DNA of 64,000 nt from positions 2,123,591-2,187,590 of the forward strand of contig LN717261.1 of assembly GCA_001244265.2 (NCBI GenBank), given 5' to 3'. The DNA is from Microbotryum violaceum. Lineage: Eukaryota. Shown here one piece after another: positions 50,605 to 63,679 of the stretch (the stretch's first letter is position 1; each line of letters starts with the position of its first letter). The notes beneath the pieces were generated by a model. The model saw only the letters and a list, made by a program, of their open reading frames with translations. It ran no database searches and had not been told where the DNA came from. Position numbers and translations under genes: made by a program.

Positions 50605-52691
50605 TGTCATTATATGGTTGCATCGTCCTTCAGTCTACGTATAGTACCTGTGATGGTACTTCATCTTGAGCCTCTAGCGACTTCATGAATCCCTTCAGCA
50701 CCTCATTTGTCTTACCCTTTTTTAGTCACTATTAGCTCTTTATTATCTCCGCTTATCATCCCTTCCTAGTCCTTCTGGAGTTTGTCCCTTAGCCTTTGGC
50801 CACTCTGTTCTCGTCCCGTTCCATTGGACTGAGTCGTGGTCTTCATCAGGTATGCATTCTCTGGAATCCTACTCACTCTGTTCTCGTCCCGTTCCATTGG
50901 ACTGAGTCGTGGTCTTCATCAGTTACCACATGAGAACATTTTGACAATAGGTTATGAGCCCAACGAGCTACCAAGCTGCTCTCGAGCCTTCGTCTTCCGC
51001 CCTCATCTCTAGGATCCACCTTAGCGACAATCCGAACTCGTACGAAGAATGGTCCGTCTGGATCAGCAACCATCTTCGTCGCAAGAAATGTTTGGATGTC
51101 ACAACTGTGGGCATTCCTGCCCTGCTAGCGATCTATGAGGCCGCCCTTGTCACCCCGTCCACTTCGCAAGCAACCTCCGCAGGCGCAAAGATTTCACCCG
51201 CCGCGCCTCGCGCGCTCACCTCTGCTCAGCAAGGACTTGTCGACATCTACACCCTTGATCTTGAAGCCAAGGATGACAAAGCTGCTGAGTTGATCAACAA
51301 CACAATTACCGGTTCTCAAATGAAGATTATCAAGAATTGTGTTTCAGCCCATGAGATGTGGACCGCCCTACGGATTCACCACACCAAAGGCGCTGAAGCT
51401 CGCTTCATCCAGCTCATCCCCGTCATCTTCCGGAGCACGTTCACGCGTTCCAACACGTCCAATTTCAAGTCGTTTGTTTCCAACTTCCTAAACGCCGTTG
51501 AGGAAATCTCCACTATGGGTGTTCCACTGCCTGGTTTTGCGCAAGCCGCTCTACTCGTCCATTCGCTTCCGCCCGAATGGGAAAGTATTGCAAGTAGCCT
51601 TACTACCAACCTCACCCTCGCTACAGACATTGATTCGTTCATTGCTGTCCTCTACGCTCAAGTTGATCGCAAAATGGCCTCGTCTTCTACTACTCATGGA
51701 GCCGAGCGCCACGCTTACGGGGGGATTGAATCCGCGCTGGCTATGTCCGCGCAAAGTCACGATCACTCCAAGGTTCACTGCAAGAGTTGCAACGTTATGG
51801 GGCATAGTTCCAAGTGGGCTGGTTGCCCTTCCCTCAAGAAAGCGCAAGCAGTCAAGGACGAAGCAGCCAAAGCTATGTTTGTTAACAGCGCTTTCTGTCA
51901 CTCGCTTTAATCGTCACAAGTCCTCATCCTCACAAGTCCTCGTCGTATCGGTCTTCTTCAAGCCGATCACCCGTCCAAGTTTCGTATCGGTGTCTCTTCA
52001 TCAGCCCGATCAACCGTCAAGTCGTATTGGTATTCTTGCCAATCACCGTCCCCGTCTGCGAACATGATGGCTTCGTACACCAGCCCTTCGCTCCAAGTCC
52101 AAGTAGTGCCAACTAGTCCACCAGCGTACTCTGGTTTGTTGGCTTCCGTCCCCGCATTTGGTTATACTGGTCCCTTTCAGATCAGTTCTCCATCCCGTTT
52201 TATGGCGTCATTGTCCGTCATACCGCCACCCGTCTTCGGCCCTTTTTACCCGAACAAGTCCCGTCGCTTTCGGCTTTACCCGATCTCGTCAAAAGTCTTC
52301 GACCATGTACCGTTTACTCCATCTTCGGACCTTCCAACCGGGGGAGTGTCATTATATGGTTGCATCGTCCTTCAGTCTACGTATAGTACCTGTGATGGTA
52401 CTTCATCTTGAGCCTCTAGCGACTTCATGAATCCCTTCAGCACCTCATTTGTCTTACCCTTTTTTAGTCACTATTAGCTCTTTATTATCTCCGCTTATCA
52501 TCCCTTCCTAGTCCTTCTGGAGTTTGTCCCTTAGCCTTTGGCCACTCTGTTCTCGTCCCGTTCCATTGGACTGAGTCGTGGTCTTCATCAGGTATGCATT
52601 CTCTGGAATCCTACTCACTCTGTTCTCGTCCCGTTCCATTGGACTGAGTCGTGGTCTTCATCAGTTACCACATGAGAACATTTTGACAATA
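50605..52691 (+). mobile_element. Gag-only non-autonomous Copia-type LTR element
   Basis: 345-bp LTRs 50605-50949 and 52347-52691, apparently identical; TSD ATGCA; PBS GGTTATGAGCCC; PPT GGGGGAG; no pol. Confidence 0.95.
50954..51910 (+). CDS. Copia-type Gag
   Basis: 318-aa ORF with SAHEMWTAL, LLVHSLPPEWE and the knuckle CKSCNVMGHSSKWAGC. Confidence 0.9.
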   Translation: MSPTSYQAALEPSSSALISRIHLSDNPNSYEEWSVWISNHLRRKKCLDVTTVGIPALLAIYEAALVTPSTSQATSAGAKISPAAPRALTSAQQGLVDIYTLDLEAKDDKAAELINNTITGSQMKIIKNCVSAHEMWTALRIHHTKGAEARFIQLIPVIFRSTFTRSNTSNFKSFVSNFLNAVEEISTMGVPLPGFAQAALLVHSLPPEWESIASSLTTNLTLATDIDSFIAVLYAQVDRKMASSSTTHGAERHAYGGIESALAMSAQSHDHSKVHCKSCNVMGHSSKWAGCPSLKKAQAVKDEAAKAMFVNSAFCHSL

Positions 52692-53906
52692 ATGCACAGT
52701 CTAGCCACGCTTCAAAACGCCTGTGCTACAAGGGTTTCACTTGTCCCACCTGACTTACTATCGAAGGAGCGCGAACACATTGCCGCACTTACGCTCGTGC
52801 CGCCGCCACCTCGGACGACTTTTTGGCTGTTCCGAAAAGGGTGTACATCACGGCGAAATGTGTGCAGGTGTTGGACTCACGGGTGCTGGGTCGACGAAGC
52901 CAACGTCGAGCATTTGCTGAGTAAGAATCGCCTAGAGCTTGCACGGCCGCGTTCGTGCCGAGCGGTTCCATGTCACCGTCGGCGAGTGGAGCTCGATAGC
53001 TGTCTACGCGCAGCCAAATCAGTCGATCCATATCATGAGTTTCATCTCCGAGCACTTTTTCGTCGGCGTCGACAGACAAAAACGCATGAACCCCAAAGAG
53101 AATGCAGCGCCTCATGCGATCGGAATACATAACTGCCTTCCAATGAGCTACCATTTAGAAAACCGGTAAGTCAAGCTCCTGCCCGCTGACTCCGGCCGCT
53201 TCGGCATTTGCCAACATCCTTTTCACCACCTCGTACTTCACAGTAGTATCGGGTCCTTCCTCATCATCCCAGTCAACTTATTGCGCCCAACCTTTGTTGG
53301 CGATCTTACCCATCAGTTGTATGACTCCGTTCGATTTGGCGATGAGCGCAGGGGCCTTGATGCCCCCCAAGCATTGTGGATCGGGGTGCAGTGCAAGATG
53401 ATCGAGAGGACTTGCACTCAAGCCACGTGAAACATTGATCCTGTGTATAAGATTGGTATTAGGTAAGTACTGGCACATGCGAGGCGGACACGGATTGATG
53501 CCTCAACCTCGAGCTACTGTCGTAAAATACCGAAGGTGCATTGTCAGCCTTCTCAAGTTCGTTAAATGTCCAAGAAGAGTATCAAATGATCCCTCAAATA
53601 CGGGCGAGTCGATCAACCACTCGAGTTCGAGCAAGCCGTCGTTGAGGCTTTCGACAAATCGACGCAGGCTAAAACTGTCTTTGTTTCCGTCGCCACTGGG
53701 GACAATCGCCACCCCGGGGCCCACTGCAAGCCTGGATGATGCTCATAGCTAAACTTCAGTCGTTGAAATAATATTGTTTTCATTGGGCTCACTTAATTTC
53801 TGAGGTTCGGGCAGCCGCCATGAAGCATCCCGAAGAACAGGAGCGAGACTTTGCCCGACCGAAGCTTCAATTCGCGCAGGCCCCCTGTGACTAGATGGGT
53901 CCTAAC
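52692..53906 (-). pseudogene. Possible interrupted host gene fragment (Leu-rich)
   Basis: Fragments such as LLGHLTNLRRLTMHL and GGCPNLRN look LRR-like; no confident family. Confidence 0.25.
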
Positions 53907-54494
53907 CTTTTTTTTTTTTTTTTTGTAGAACTTGTTCATCATATTGCCCCCAATTCCTGTTCCCCCTGATTGGCCTACGGAAAAACTAGATGGAAGTCGA
54001 CGATGATAACACAAACCGCCCGCAAGATGCGAGAAACGGGCCGGTGTCCACCAATCCGATACTTGGGATTCAAGTGCCCCAGCCGAGCGGTTGCACCCCC
54101 CAGGAGACGAATGAGAGAGAGAAGGAGAGAGAAAGAGAAAGAGAAAGAATAACAAAACGATTTACTATCGACAAGAGACCCACCCCACACCCACTTCCCA
54201 ACTCGGTCGAGACAAAAACAGGAGAGCGACTGCGCAGCTACCCTGACCCGCGAAGTCCCAAGTCTATGCTCGGTCACAACAAGACGCGGCCGAGGCCCCT
54301 CAAAACCTCCACCTCAGCAGTCCCTGGTCCCTCAAAGCCGACTTTCTGCCTGTGTCTGCTGATCCCTCCCTTGACTCAGAACCCCGAAGACAAAGAACGC
54401 GAGCCACCGTCGAGTCAATCCCAAATCGCGAGCCGGTCCATGAGCAACGAAGGCAGACCTGTAATAGATGACAGATGAGATGAAAGCAAGATAT

Positions 54495-55350
54495 TTAGTA
54501 TACAGTGTTTTGTTGGAAGATGAAGCGTGATGGTGTGTGTGTGTGGGGTGTGGTGGGGGGGAAATCGAACCCAGCCTCTACTGCCCTCGCCCGCCCCTTG
54601 CTCCTCCCGCCCTCAACTTCATCCTCTCCTCCAGTACCACCCTCCTCCTCTCCACTCTTTCCATCCTCGTCCCGTGCTTCTGCATCCTCCATCTCCCACT
54701 GCTGATCATCTCCAAAACCATCCCTGTGAAGATCTCGATCGTCCTGCCCGCCCCTTCCTGTTCGCTGAGCTTGGCCTTGAGCTTGGGGAGGTCAAAGAGG
54801 CGTTGCAGTGTCGTGTACTGGTCGTCCTCGATCGTGTCGCACCCGAGTGCGTCGCAGAGCACGCCCCTTGCCGCGATCCAGACGTTCCGCGAGTCAACGC
54901 AGCCGAAAAAGTAGTGGTCGGTGTCGTCCACCGGCGCTTCGCAGACGAGGCACGCGGGAGAAGTGTCGTGGTTTTGTTGGTGTTGCAGCTTGCGCGTCGG
55001 GGTGAAGCGGAGAATCAGCTTGAACCAAACTTCCCTCTCCCTCGCCGTCAGTGCCTTCGGGTTGACCGCCTTCCAAAAGCTCCTGAGGTCGTCCGGCTGC
55101 GGTGGTCCCTTGAGCCCGAGCGTGTTGGTAAAGGCCTTCGCGTTCAGGACTCGGCGGATGCGACGGATGGTGTACGGTCGAGCCATGTTCAGCAGCTTGT
55201 ACTGGCTCGCCTGCTGTGGAAGCACCGGGTCCGGAAGGCGCTGCTCCATTGCGAAGCGGGCCACGGGCTTGGGGAGAATCGCCTCGAGCGGTGCGCTGGT
55301 GCCGATCCGGGGGTGCACGTTGAGCCGTCCCCGCCGCCACCGCCACCGCC
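54495..55350 (-). mobile_element. 5'-truncated LINE (ORF2 C-terminal zinc finger)
   Basis: ORF 54578-55318 with FWKAV..WFKLI..CLVC..DTDHYFFGC..W, typical of the L1/Tx1-like ORF2 end. Confidence 0.8.
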
Positions 55351-56562
55351 AAGGGCGTGTTCTTGTGTCGATCGACAGGCAAGATGCGAGACACTGATTT
55401 TTTATTTATTTTTTTGACTGGGGCTCATAAATTGCTATCCTTCGGGTTGGCTGGGACCGCTACAAAAAGAGCTAAAGGAGGTTATAAAGCAACGACGGCA
55501 AGCAGTTGGGTGAAAGTCAAACCCCTGCGCGCAAAGAGCGCTGCGCAGATCAAAACCCGCCGAGCACCTAACGCGGACTCCAACGGGCGGTGAGTACTGC
55601 TGCCGCTTCACGTCCCAAGAGCGGGAGCGAAGATACTCGAAAACCAGGCAAGAGCGCCTAGAGAAAGAAGGGGGAGAGTATACAGAAAGTCACGACTGGG
55701 GATACGGAGAACAGGAATACTAAGACAGAGAGGAGGGGAACACACCCGAGGGGCCAAGGGAGGGGGTCGAAGCCGGAAGTAGAGGTCCCCAGGGACTAAC
55801 AGGCCGCAGCCAAGCCCCAGCTACTCGTCACCCCGACAGCGCCTGATGTCCTCCCTTGGCTGAATCTCGAGTGCTGGCTGTTGAGCCGTCGGGGCCGAGA
55901 GAAAAGCGATCCAGTACAACGAAACGAGCCTCGCCTTGACGTGAGGATATTGACCAGAAACGAGCGACCTTCCTTCCCGAGCCATGTCGTAGATCTTGAC
56001 CAACGCGAACGAACGAACCATTCGACGGAATCCAACACACGGCTTAGGAGTAAAAGGAAAAGTGGCTGAAGCGTAGTCAACAACCGAGCAACAGGAACGA
56101 GAAGAGGAAGGGAAGGGAAAAAGGGGGGCAAAGGAGAGGGAAAAACTTCACAAAGACTCCAACGCAAAGACAATTGACCTGGCTTGCCGATCCATCCAAG
56201 AACAAAAACCCCTACTGCGCAAAGTAGAGAGAGAGAGGGAGAGGTGCGCAGCCTTCCACTGCGCAACAAGTTTCAAGACAGTCCGCTTCTAAAAGAGGAG
56301 TCGACCTCCGAAAAAGAAGGGAGGAAAGGAGGGGAGGAAAATGGGAAGGAAGGACTTAACTCGGTCATCACACCTCCCAATCTCGAGCCCCAGGCACAAA
56401 ACCCGCTCGAGAGAGAAATTCTCGCTCGAACGCTCTGAGTGCACTGGGGAGCGAGGGAGGGGCCACGACCTTGTCCAGCACGAACCGCTGATGAACGCGC
56501 CAGCGGAGCAGGTGCAGCCGCTGGAAGCCGATCGCGCAGGCCAGCCGAACCCACATCCATCT

Positions 56563-59500
56563 TGTTAAAAGTGGGGTCTGAGAGCCTAACTCATTGCTAT
56601 TAGTCTTGGTTAATACTTTATTCTGCGCGCGCGCCTATCTTTGTCTTTGCGTCTTTTTTCCTTCTGGGTTCCTTCTCCACGCTATTCTCATCATCTCACT
56701 CGTGTATCTCGGAGCTGAGTTGTGGAGTACCTCTTAGTCCTTGTTGCAACAGGTTATGAGCTCAACGGGCGAATCCGACTTCCCCAACGGGTCGGGCAAT
56801 CACTTGTATCTCAAGGACACACAAGGGTACAAGAGCTGGTCACAACGTGCGTTTATCAATCTTCGAGCCGACAAAGTATGGGATGTCGTCAATCAATCCA
56901 TTGACCCCCTTTTCGCGGACTATCGGTCCACGCTCGTTATCGCACATGCAACTGCGTCCGTCGCGCCAGTTGAACCAGCCTCCTCCGGCTTTAGCGGGCT
57001 TGGGGGGGCTCTGGTTCTGAGCACTCGGACGCCTCGCCCAGGCTCACCAGCGTTCAAGTTGCGGACAAGGTCGCGGAATATCGCGAATGGGCCATCCGCC
57101 GCAACGATTTGGCATGCAAGTACATCGCCAATTCGATCTCTGAGGAACAGATGTCTCACTTGATTCATCTTACCTCGGCGTACGAGATGTGGGACACCCT
57201 CCGTGGTCTGCACTCTCACGGTCGCCCGAGTCGCACTATGGACCTCCTCAACACTCTAGCGCAACCTTACTCTGGGGATATTCCTTTTAAGGAATTCGTC
57301 AACAAGGTCAAGATCGCCATGACCGATTTTCAGAACCTCGGAGCTCCGCTTCCGCATTGGCTGTTTGCAGGCATGCTCGTTCGGTCGCTCCCAGCCCAGT
57401 ATGACTCGATCGTTGGGAACCTTGCCTCCGACATCGACATCCACATGGATTGGAACACGTTCTATCCGAAACTCCTGATGAACGTCGAAATGGCTGATTC
57501 CCGAAACAAACAAAAGGAATTGTTATTCGCTCGGATCATTGACGATACTAGCCTCGTCGCCCGTATTTCCACCACGGCGCAAAAGGACTACTCCAAGTCG
57601 TATTGTTCGCGCTGCAAAGCACTGGGACACGAGCGTGGTTGGCGTCTCTGTCCAAGCAGGAACAAGGATGCGAGCGCTCCCGCTTCCTCGGACTCAAATT
57701 TGAACGTAGCTGCCATTGGTGTAGATGAATCTGCATTGATGACCTACACTTTCCCCTATTCGCGAACGATGCCACGTTTTCCATGGATCATTGACTCGGG
57801 TGCTAAGGTCCATTGCGTTGGAGACAAGTCGGTCCTATCGGACGTTGTCTCTGAGCCTCTCAAAATTTATGTCGCCGATCAATCTCAAATCGAATCTCCC
57901 GGTCATGGCTCAGTGACGTTTCTTACCTCATATGGCGCTCGTATCACCATTAAGACGGTCTACTACATGCCCGGTGCTCAATGCGGTTTTATCTCCATCG
58001 ACCGTCTGTTGGAATCGATGACGTACGCTGTTGGTCCCCAAAGCAATCTCATTTTCAGCATCCGCGGCAAGTCGATTCTGCGCTCGCTTCCTGGTCGGGG
58101 GTTTGTCATGGATGCAGCTCCCGTTCAGCCTATCATGTCATCCTCACCGCCTTCAATGGTCGGAGCTAATCGTCTCACTGGAACCTGTACGTTGATGGAA
58201 GCACATCGGAAGTTGGGCCATCAATCTCCTACGGCGATCGTTTTGGCCGTCAAATCCGGGGCTATCACTGGCATCACTCTGAAGGACCAAAAGGTTACTC
58301 CTTGCTTCTCGTGCATCCAGGCCAAGTCAAAGCGATCACCCTTCTCCAACGAGAGTACCGAAGCGCCTCATGCACTCTACCGCGCCTTCATTGATCTCGG
58401 GTTTGTCGAACATCCCAATCACCATGGCAATACTATCTATCTCGCTATTGTGGATCAGTATTCGACGGCTAAATGGACGATCGTGCTAAAGGACAAGAGG
58501 GCTGAGACGATTATCGAAGCATGGTCGAAATTTCAAGCCGAGTCCGAGCGTCACACGGGTCAGAAAATCAAGAGGGTCAGATCGGACAATGGTCGTGAAT
58601 TCGACAACTCATTGTTCCGGGCTCTTCTTGAAAAGCAGGGCATCATCGTGGAATTCACGGCCCCCTATACTCCGGAGCAAAATGGTCAAGTAGAGCGACT
58701 CAATGGATCTCTCATGGGTCTCGTTCGATCAATGCTCCTTGACTCCGGTCTTCCCATGCGATTCTGGTCAGATGCTCTGGCCGTCGCGACATTTGTTCTC
58801 AATCGTCGACCACATCCTCGTATTCAAGGAAAAACGGCAATCGAAGTTCTTTTCGGCAAGAAGCCTAGTCTTGCTCATCTTCAGCCATTCAGATCTACGG
58901 CGTTTGTCCACGTTCCCAAGGAGCGTCGCTCCAAGCTTGCACCTCGCTCCATTCAGGGAGTTTTCATCGGGTACTCCGGTGAATACAACTACCGTGTCTG
59001 GGTCCAATCGTCGAAATAGGTCTACGTTTTGCGTCACGTCACATTCCTTGAGACTCCTTCCGTTGTCACTTCGTCTCAAGATTGTGCGGACACTTCTGAT
59101 CCTGTTCATCATTCTCAACCTCCTCATCCTCCTCATCCTCCGCCAGATGTGTTGCCGTCTACACCAACTTCACCTGTTGTGGATCCAACTTTGCTGGATC
59201 CACAGCCTCCTCCGGTGGTTCCAATTGGAGTTGGTCAACAGGGGGGGTATCTTGCAGTCGTTCCTCGTAAGGATGACGACAATGACGACAACGATGGACC
59301 TGATAACTATCATGACGCAGAAGAACCACTCGGCGGTGAGGCGGAAGTCGCTCTCGCTCCTTGTGAAGGTTACGCCATCGTTTGCACTGGTCCAAATCCT
59401 GGCCAATTCGAGAATGTTGATCCTTCCAACATCCTTCCTGATGGTTCTCGTCGTTGACCTCAACCTCTGGAAAATATACTTCCCATCATTTTGGCTATCA

Positions 59501-60748
59501 TGGTCGATGTCTTGGATACTCCACCCATGTTCCACGACAAGCTTTCCTACAATGCCTACTGTGCTGCCGTGTTTGCCGAAGAAGACATCAAGATACCCAA
59601 GACATTCGAGGAAGCCATGAAGTCACCCTATTGCAACCATTGGAGTGCGGCAATGGTCTCACAACTTCTACAATTCAATCATCATGGAGTCTTTCAGGAA
59701 GTCAAGTGGCACGAAGGAATTCGGGTACTCGGCACGATCTGGGTCTACAGTATCAAGCACAATGCAAACGGCAAAATCATTCGTTTCAAAGCTCGTCTCG
59801 TTGCTCAAGGATTTGCTCAACGCCCAGGCATCAACTACCATGACACCTACGCTCCTGTTGCTCGTTCTTCGACGATTTTGTTCTTGATTGCTTTGGCTGC
59901 TGCTCAGGGCCTGTATCTCGAACAGTTCGATTTCGACTGCGCCTTTCTCAACGGCAAGATGACCGAGGATGTCTATGTTCGATACCCAAAAGGATGGGAT
60001 TGTCCTCAATCCCCTGGCAAGTGCCTCAAGCTCGTGGGTTCCATGTATGGCACCAAACAGGCGCCCCATGAATGGTATCGAGCCGTCAACAATCTCATGG
60101 TGTCTCGAGGCTACATGAGGGCAACTGCCAATGCTTGCCTCTACATCAAACATTTGGGCACTTCGTTTGCTATCATCACTCTCTATGTTGACAACGGTCT
60201 CATTGCGTCCAACAATCAGTCCTTCTTGGACTCCGAGCTCGGATCGCTTCACAAGGCCTTCCAGCTCAAGCGTCTCGGACCCGTCTCCTACTTCCTGGGC
60301 TTCGAAATTCATCGCACCAAAGATTACATCCTCGTTCACCAAAGCAAGTATGTCCGCACTATGCTCGAGAAGTTCGATTTCGCTTCTCCATCCAAGCGCC
60401 GTGCAGTCACACCCATGGACGATCGCCCCTCGCTCTGAATCGATGCTACTCCGTTTGCCGATGTGTAATTGTACCAATCGGCTGTGGGTTCCCTGCAGTA
60501 CGCGTCCACTTGATGTCGACCCGATATCGCGATTGCTGTTCGTGCCGTTGCTCAAAAGAACTCCTGTCCAACTGTCGACGATTGGGCTGCGGTCAAGCGT
60601 ATATTTTGCTACCTCAACAGCACCATCGATTTGGGAATTCTTTATCGAAACAGTTCCACAACTCAATTGATGGTCTACTCCGATGCCTCGTTTGCGGATG
60701 ACCCGGAATCTCGCAGATCGGTGGGAGCCTATGCATCAATGCTCGAAG
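56563..60748 (+). mobile_element. Copia-5, 3'-truncated degenerate element
   Basis: LTR 56563-56751 (TGTT..CAACA), PBS GGTTATGAGCTC, gag, WIIDSGA, VRSDNGREF, RT (YVDN) and the RNase H start YSDASFA, then cut off. Confidence 0.92.
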
Positions 60749-61171
60749 GTGGTGCGTGTGTGGGCGTGCTGGGCTGTGCTGGGGCTGGGGGTGTGCGTGC
60801 TATGGTTGTGGGATCGGCTTACCTTGACCGATCTGGGCTAGTCGATGGGTTCGATGGTTCGACTACGGCCGGGCCTGATGAACGTAGGCCGTATCGTCGG
60901 GGTACCAATGAACTCGACGTTGTCAAAAAAAAAGTGAAAGGCACGAGATCGCTCTCGAGCCTCACTGGCGACCTAAGCTGACAGATGCAAGTTCTATGAT
61001 TGCAACTAGCTTCTGGTGTCAGCCCAATCATCTACGAGAGTGCTGAGATATGGAACACCAGTACTCACCTAGCATCTGGTGTCAGCCCCATGAGGAGGGA
61101 ACTGAAGAAGCTAGGTGCGCGCGATCTCTATTTCTAGTGCCTGTGGCCCGTAGTAAGGCGCGCGCCTTACA
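60749..61171 (-). mobile_element. Gypsy-like 5' LTR (60935-61171) plus short leader
   Basis: Reverse strand reads TGTAAGGC..CTTTCA then C-poly(T), as in the LTR at 33877; 3' end matches the solo LTR at 14704. Confidence 0.75.
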
Positions 61172-61199
61172 GTTCCCTCTGACCGAATCCGAGCAAGGA

Positions 61200-61790
61200 C
61201 CGTTTCTTCCAAGAACGTTTTGACTGTCCCTCCCGGAGCATCAACGAAATCGACGATTTGTGTAGACGATGCCTTGGGAATAACGGGAAGGCATTGCTTC
61301 GGATCCCCTGTGATGTTGCAGTCGAACCGGTCAGTTACTCATGCTGCCCTGCGCTTTGCTTTTGAAAGATTGGCACACCTGCCACCACGACAATCACTCC
61401 ACCAAACCGAGCCGTTGAGGATCTGCCACGGTTTGGTGAGCCGCACTTGACGCAACCAGAGCCTGTTTTCTTGCGTGATTTGTTAGAGCTAAGCAGGACC
61501 TCAACTTCCCCCCATCAGCGTTCTATGATGCAAGCGTCGACAATTTGTGCAAGCGATTCCTTGGGAATAACGGGAACGCATTGCTTCGGATCCCCTGTGA
61601 TGTTACAGTCCAGCCGGTCAGTTAGCCATGCTGCCCTGCATTTTGCTTTAAAAGATTGGCACACACCTGCCAACGCGATGGTCACCACACCGAACCGAGC
61701 CGTTGAGGATCTGCCACGGGATGGTGAGCCGCGATTCACCCGACCAGAGCCTGTTTTCTGGCGTGATTTGTTACAACTATCAGTATTCAT
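61200..61790 (-). pseudogene. Two tandem Helitron PIF1 helicase fragments
   Basis: GDPKQCVPVIPK..IVDACI (PIF1 motif III-like), duplicated at ~61250-61480 and ~61535-61775. Confidence 0.7.
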
Positions 61791-62827
61791 GCTGTCGTCT
61801 TCTGTAGCAATGGCAGTGAAGACTCACATTTTGTGTCCCATGAACCCGGATCCTCAACCGTACAATGTCAACTTGAATCCTTCCGCTGTTTCACTGATGT
61901 TCAATGTCTGTTGTTCGTATCAGTTTTCCGCTGTTTCACTGATGTTCAATGTCTGTTGTTCGTATCAGTTTTCCGTCATAACTAAGACTGCACAGCCATG
62001 CCAAGGGATAACTCACGCATGCAGTGTCACCACCTGATGTTGAAGAAACAACTCGAAAGTTGACATTCAAAGAGGTCATGTTGAAGGGAATCTCTGCTTG
62101 GTAGTTCCCCATCAGCTTCTAACCAATCCCACACCAAGAGCACAGTTCATGAAGTTACTTACTCGAATTCGTAGCTATGTTGCATGCGGCAGGCATTTCT
62201 GTATCCTGTATTCGTTGCAGAGCTTCCACGACGACCGCTTCGGATGTCGCAAGCTCGAGGTGGCGATGGGATGAGGTGCGGTAGGTAAGGTGTGAAGAGC
62301 AGGAGGGAGAAAGATGGAGAAGTCTGCGCCTCAGTTCAAACCGGAGTCATAGAATGTCGCGGAAGGCCGCGGAATGTCGTGGAGTGAAGCCCGAAGCAGA
62401 GGGTCATGTGCCAGGCTGCTTTGATGGGAAATGGAACCTCGGCGAACGTGGACGAAACGGTCTGTCGTCACGTGGTTTGTCTCCCGTTCTCTGACATTCT
62501 TTGACATCGACGTGGTAGACACACGAAACAGTCTGCTTCGGGAGACAGAGAGTCACGTCACGTGCTATTCAATGGAACCTCGGCGAACGTAAGCGAAACG
62601 GTCTGAAACAGCGTTATGTAGCTAGCTGGGACGCGCTGGACCGAGAGCTGGCTATGACGTCACGCCACGTGGTTTGTCTTTCGTTCTCTGACATTCTTTG
62701 ACGTTCTTCGTCTCGACGGATCCATTTAGTAGTATATACTAGTGCGGTGGCGCTTCGCGCGCCATGACGTCACGCCACGTGGTTTCTCTCGTTCTAGAAC
62801 GTTCTTTGTCTCGACGTATCCATTTAG

Positions 62828-63152
62828 TAGTATATAATATATAATAATAATAATATATAGTATATAGTATATAGTATATAGTATATAGTATATAGTATAT
62901 AGTATATAGTATATAGTATATAGTATATAGTATATTAGTAGTATAGTATATAGTATATAGTATATAGTATATAGTATATAGTATATAGTATATAGTATAT
63001 AGTATATAGTATATAGTATATAGTATATAGTATATAGTATATAATATATAATAATAATAATATATAGTATATAGTATATAGTATATAGTATATAGTATAT
63101 AGTATATAGTATATAGTATATAGTATATAGTATATAGTATATTAGTAGTATA
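62828..63152 (+). repeat. (TATATAG)n minisatellite
   Basis: ~40 units with recurring TAATAATAA and TTAGTAG interruptions. Confidence 0.97.
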
Positions 63153-63185
63153 CTAGGTTCGGCGGCGCGCTCCGCGCGCCACCTC
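63153..63185 (-). mobile_element. Helitron 3' terminus (GC hairpin + CTAG)
   Basis: Reverse strand GGTGGCGCGCGGAGCGCGCCGCCGAACCTAG|T; a similar end lies at 62739-62764. Confidence 0.65.
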
Positions 63186-63547
63186 ACACCGTAACCGTTC
63201 ACCTGCAATGTGATGTACTTCGCTGCAACAGCTGCGGTACTGCTGAGTAACGCAAGCGTAGTGGTTGAAGTCGGGAGAGGACCGCGCGACGACAATCAAA
63301 TGCAAACAGCCTTTCTGGGAGCCCGATGATGAGCTCAGACTGCCATCGAGACCCGCATCGAGTGCGGACCTTTTCATGGATGCCTCCCGACATCGACATC
63401 CCTCACCTGCTATTGCCGGAGCTTCACTATGGAGCTTTGACATGACTCTTCATTTCACCGTACCAAACCGAGCCGTTGACGATCGCACATCTTGCAACAT
63501 CCTGTCCACCATCATCCCCAGCGTGTCAAAGGATTGACTTCGTACGG

Positions 63548-63679
63548 TGATTGCGTTGGATAATCACCTCCACCCCAGCCAACGCCCGATGTCAAATCCC
63601 ACACGCCGCACAGTCACCAATTGCACTGCGCTTGACATCGGGCGTTGGCTGGGGTGGAGGCGATTGTCCAACGCAATCA
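63548..63679. repeat. 48-bp inverted repeat with 36-bp spacer
   Basis: Arms 63548-63595 and 63632-63679, two mismatches. Confidence 0.9.

Noticed and set aside
61881..61975. ~45-bp tandem duplication as another LTR intron
   Set aside because: Copies are adjacent, with no donor or intervening sequence, and not in an LTR.
62726..63295. 189-aa YYILYTI ORF; telomere
   Set aside because: The ORF is just the translated minisatellite; the array is internal and not G-rich.
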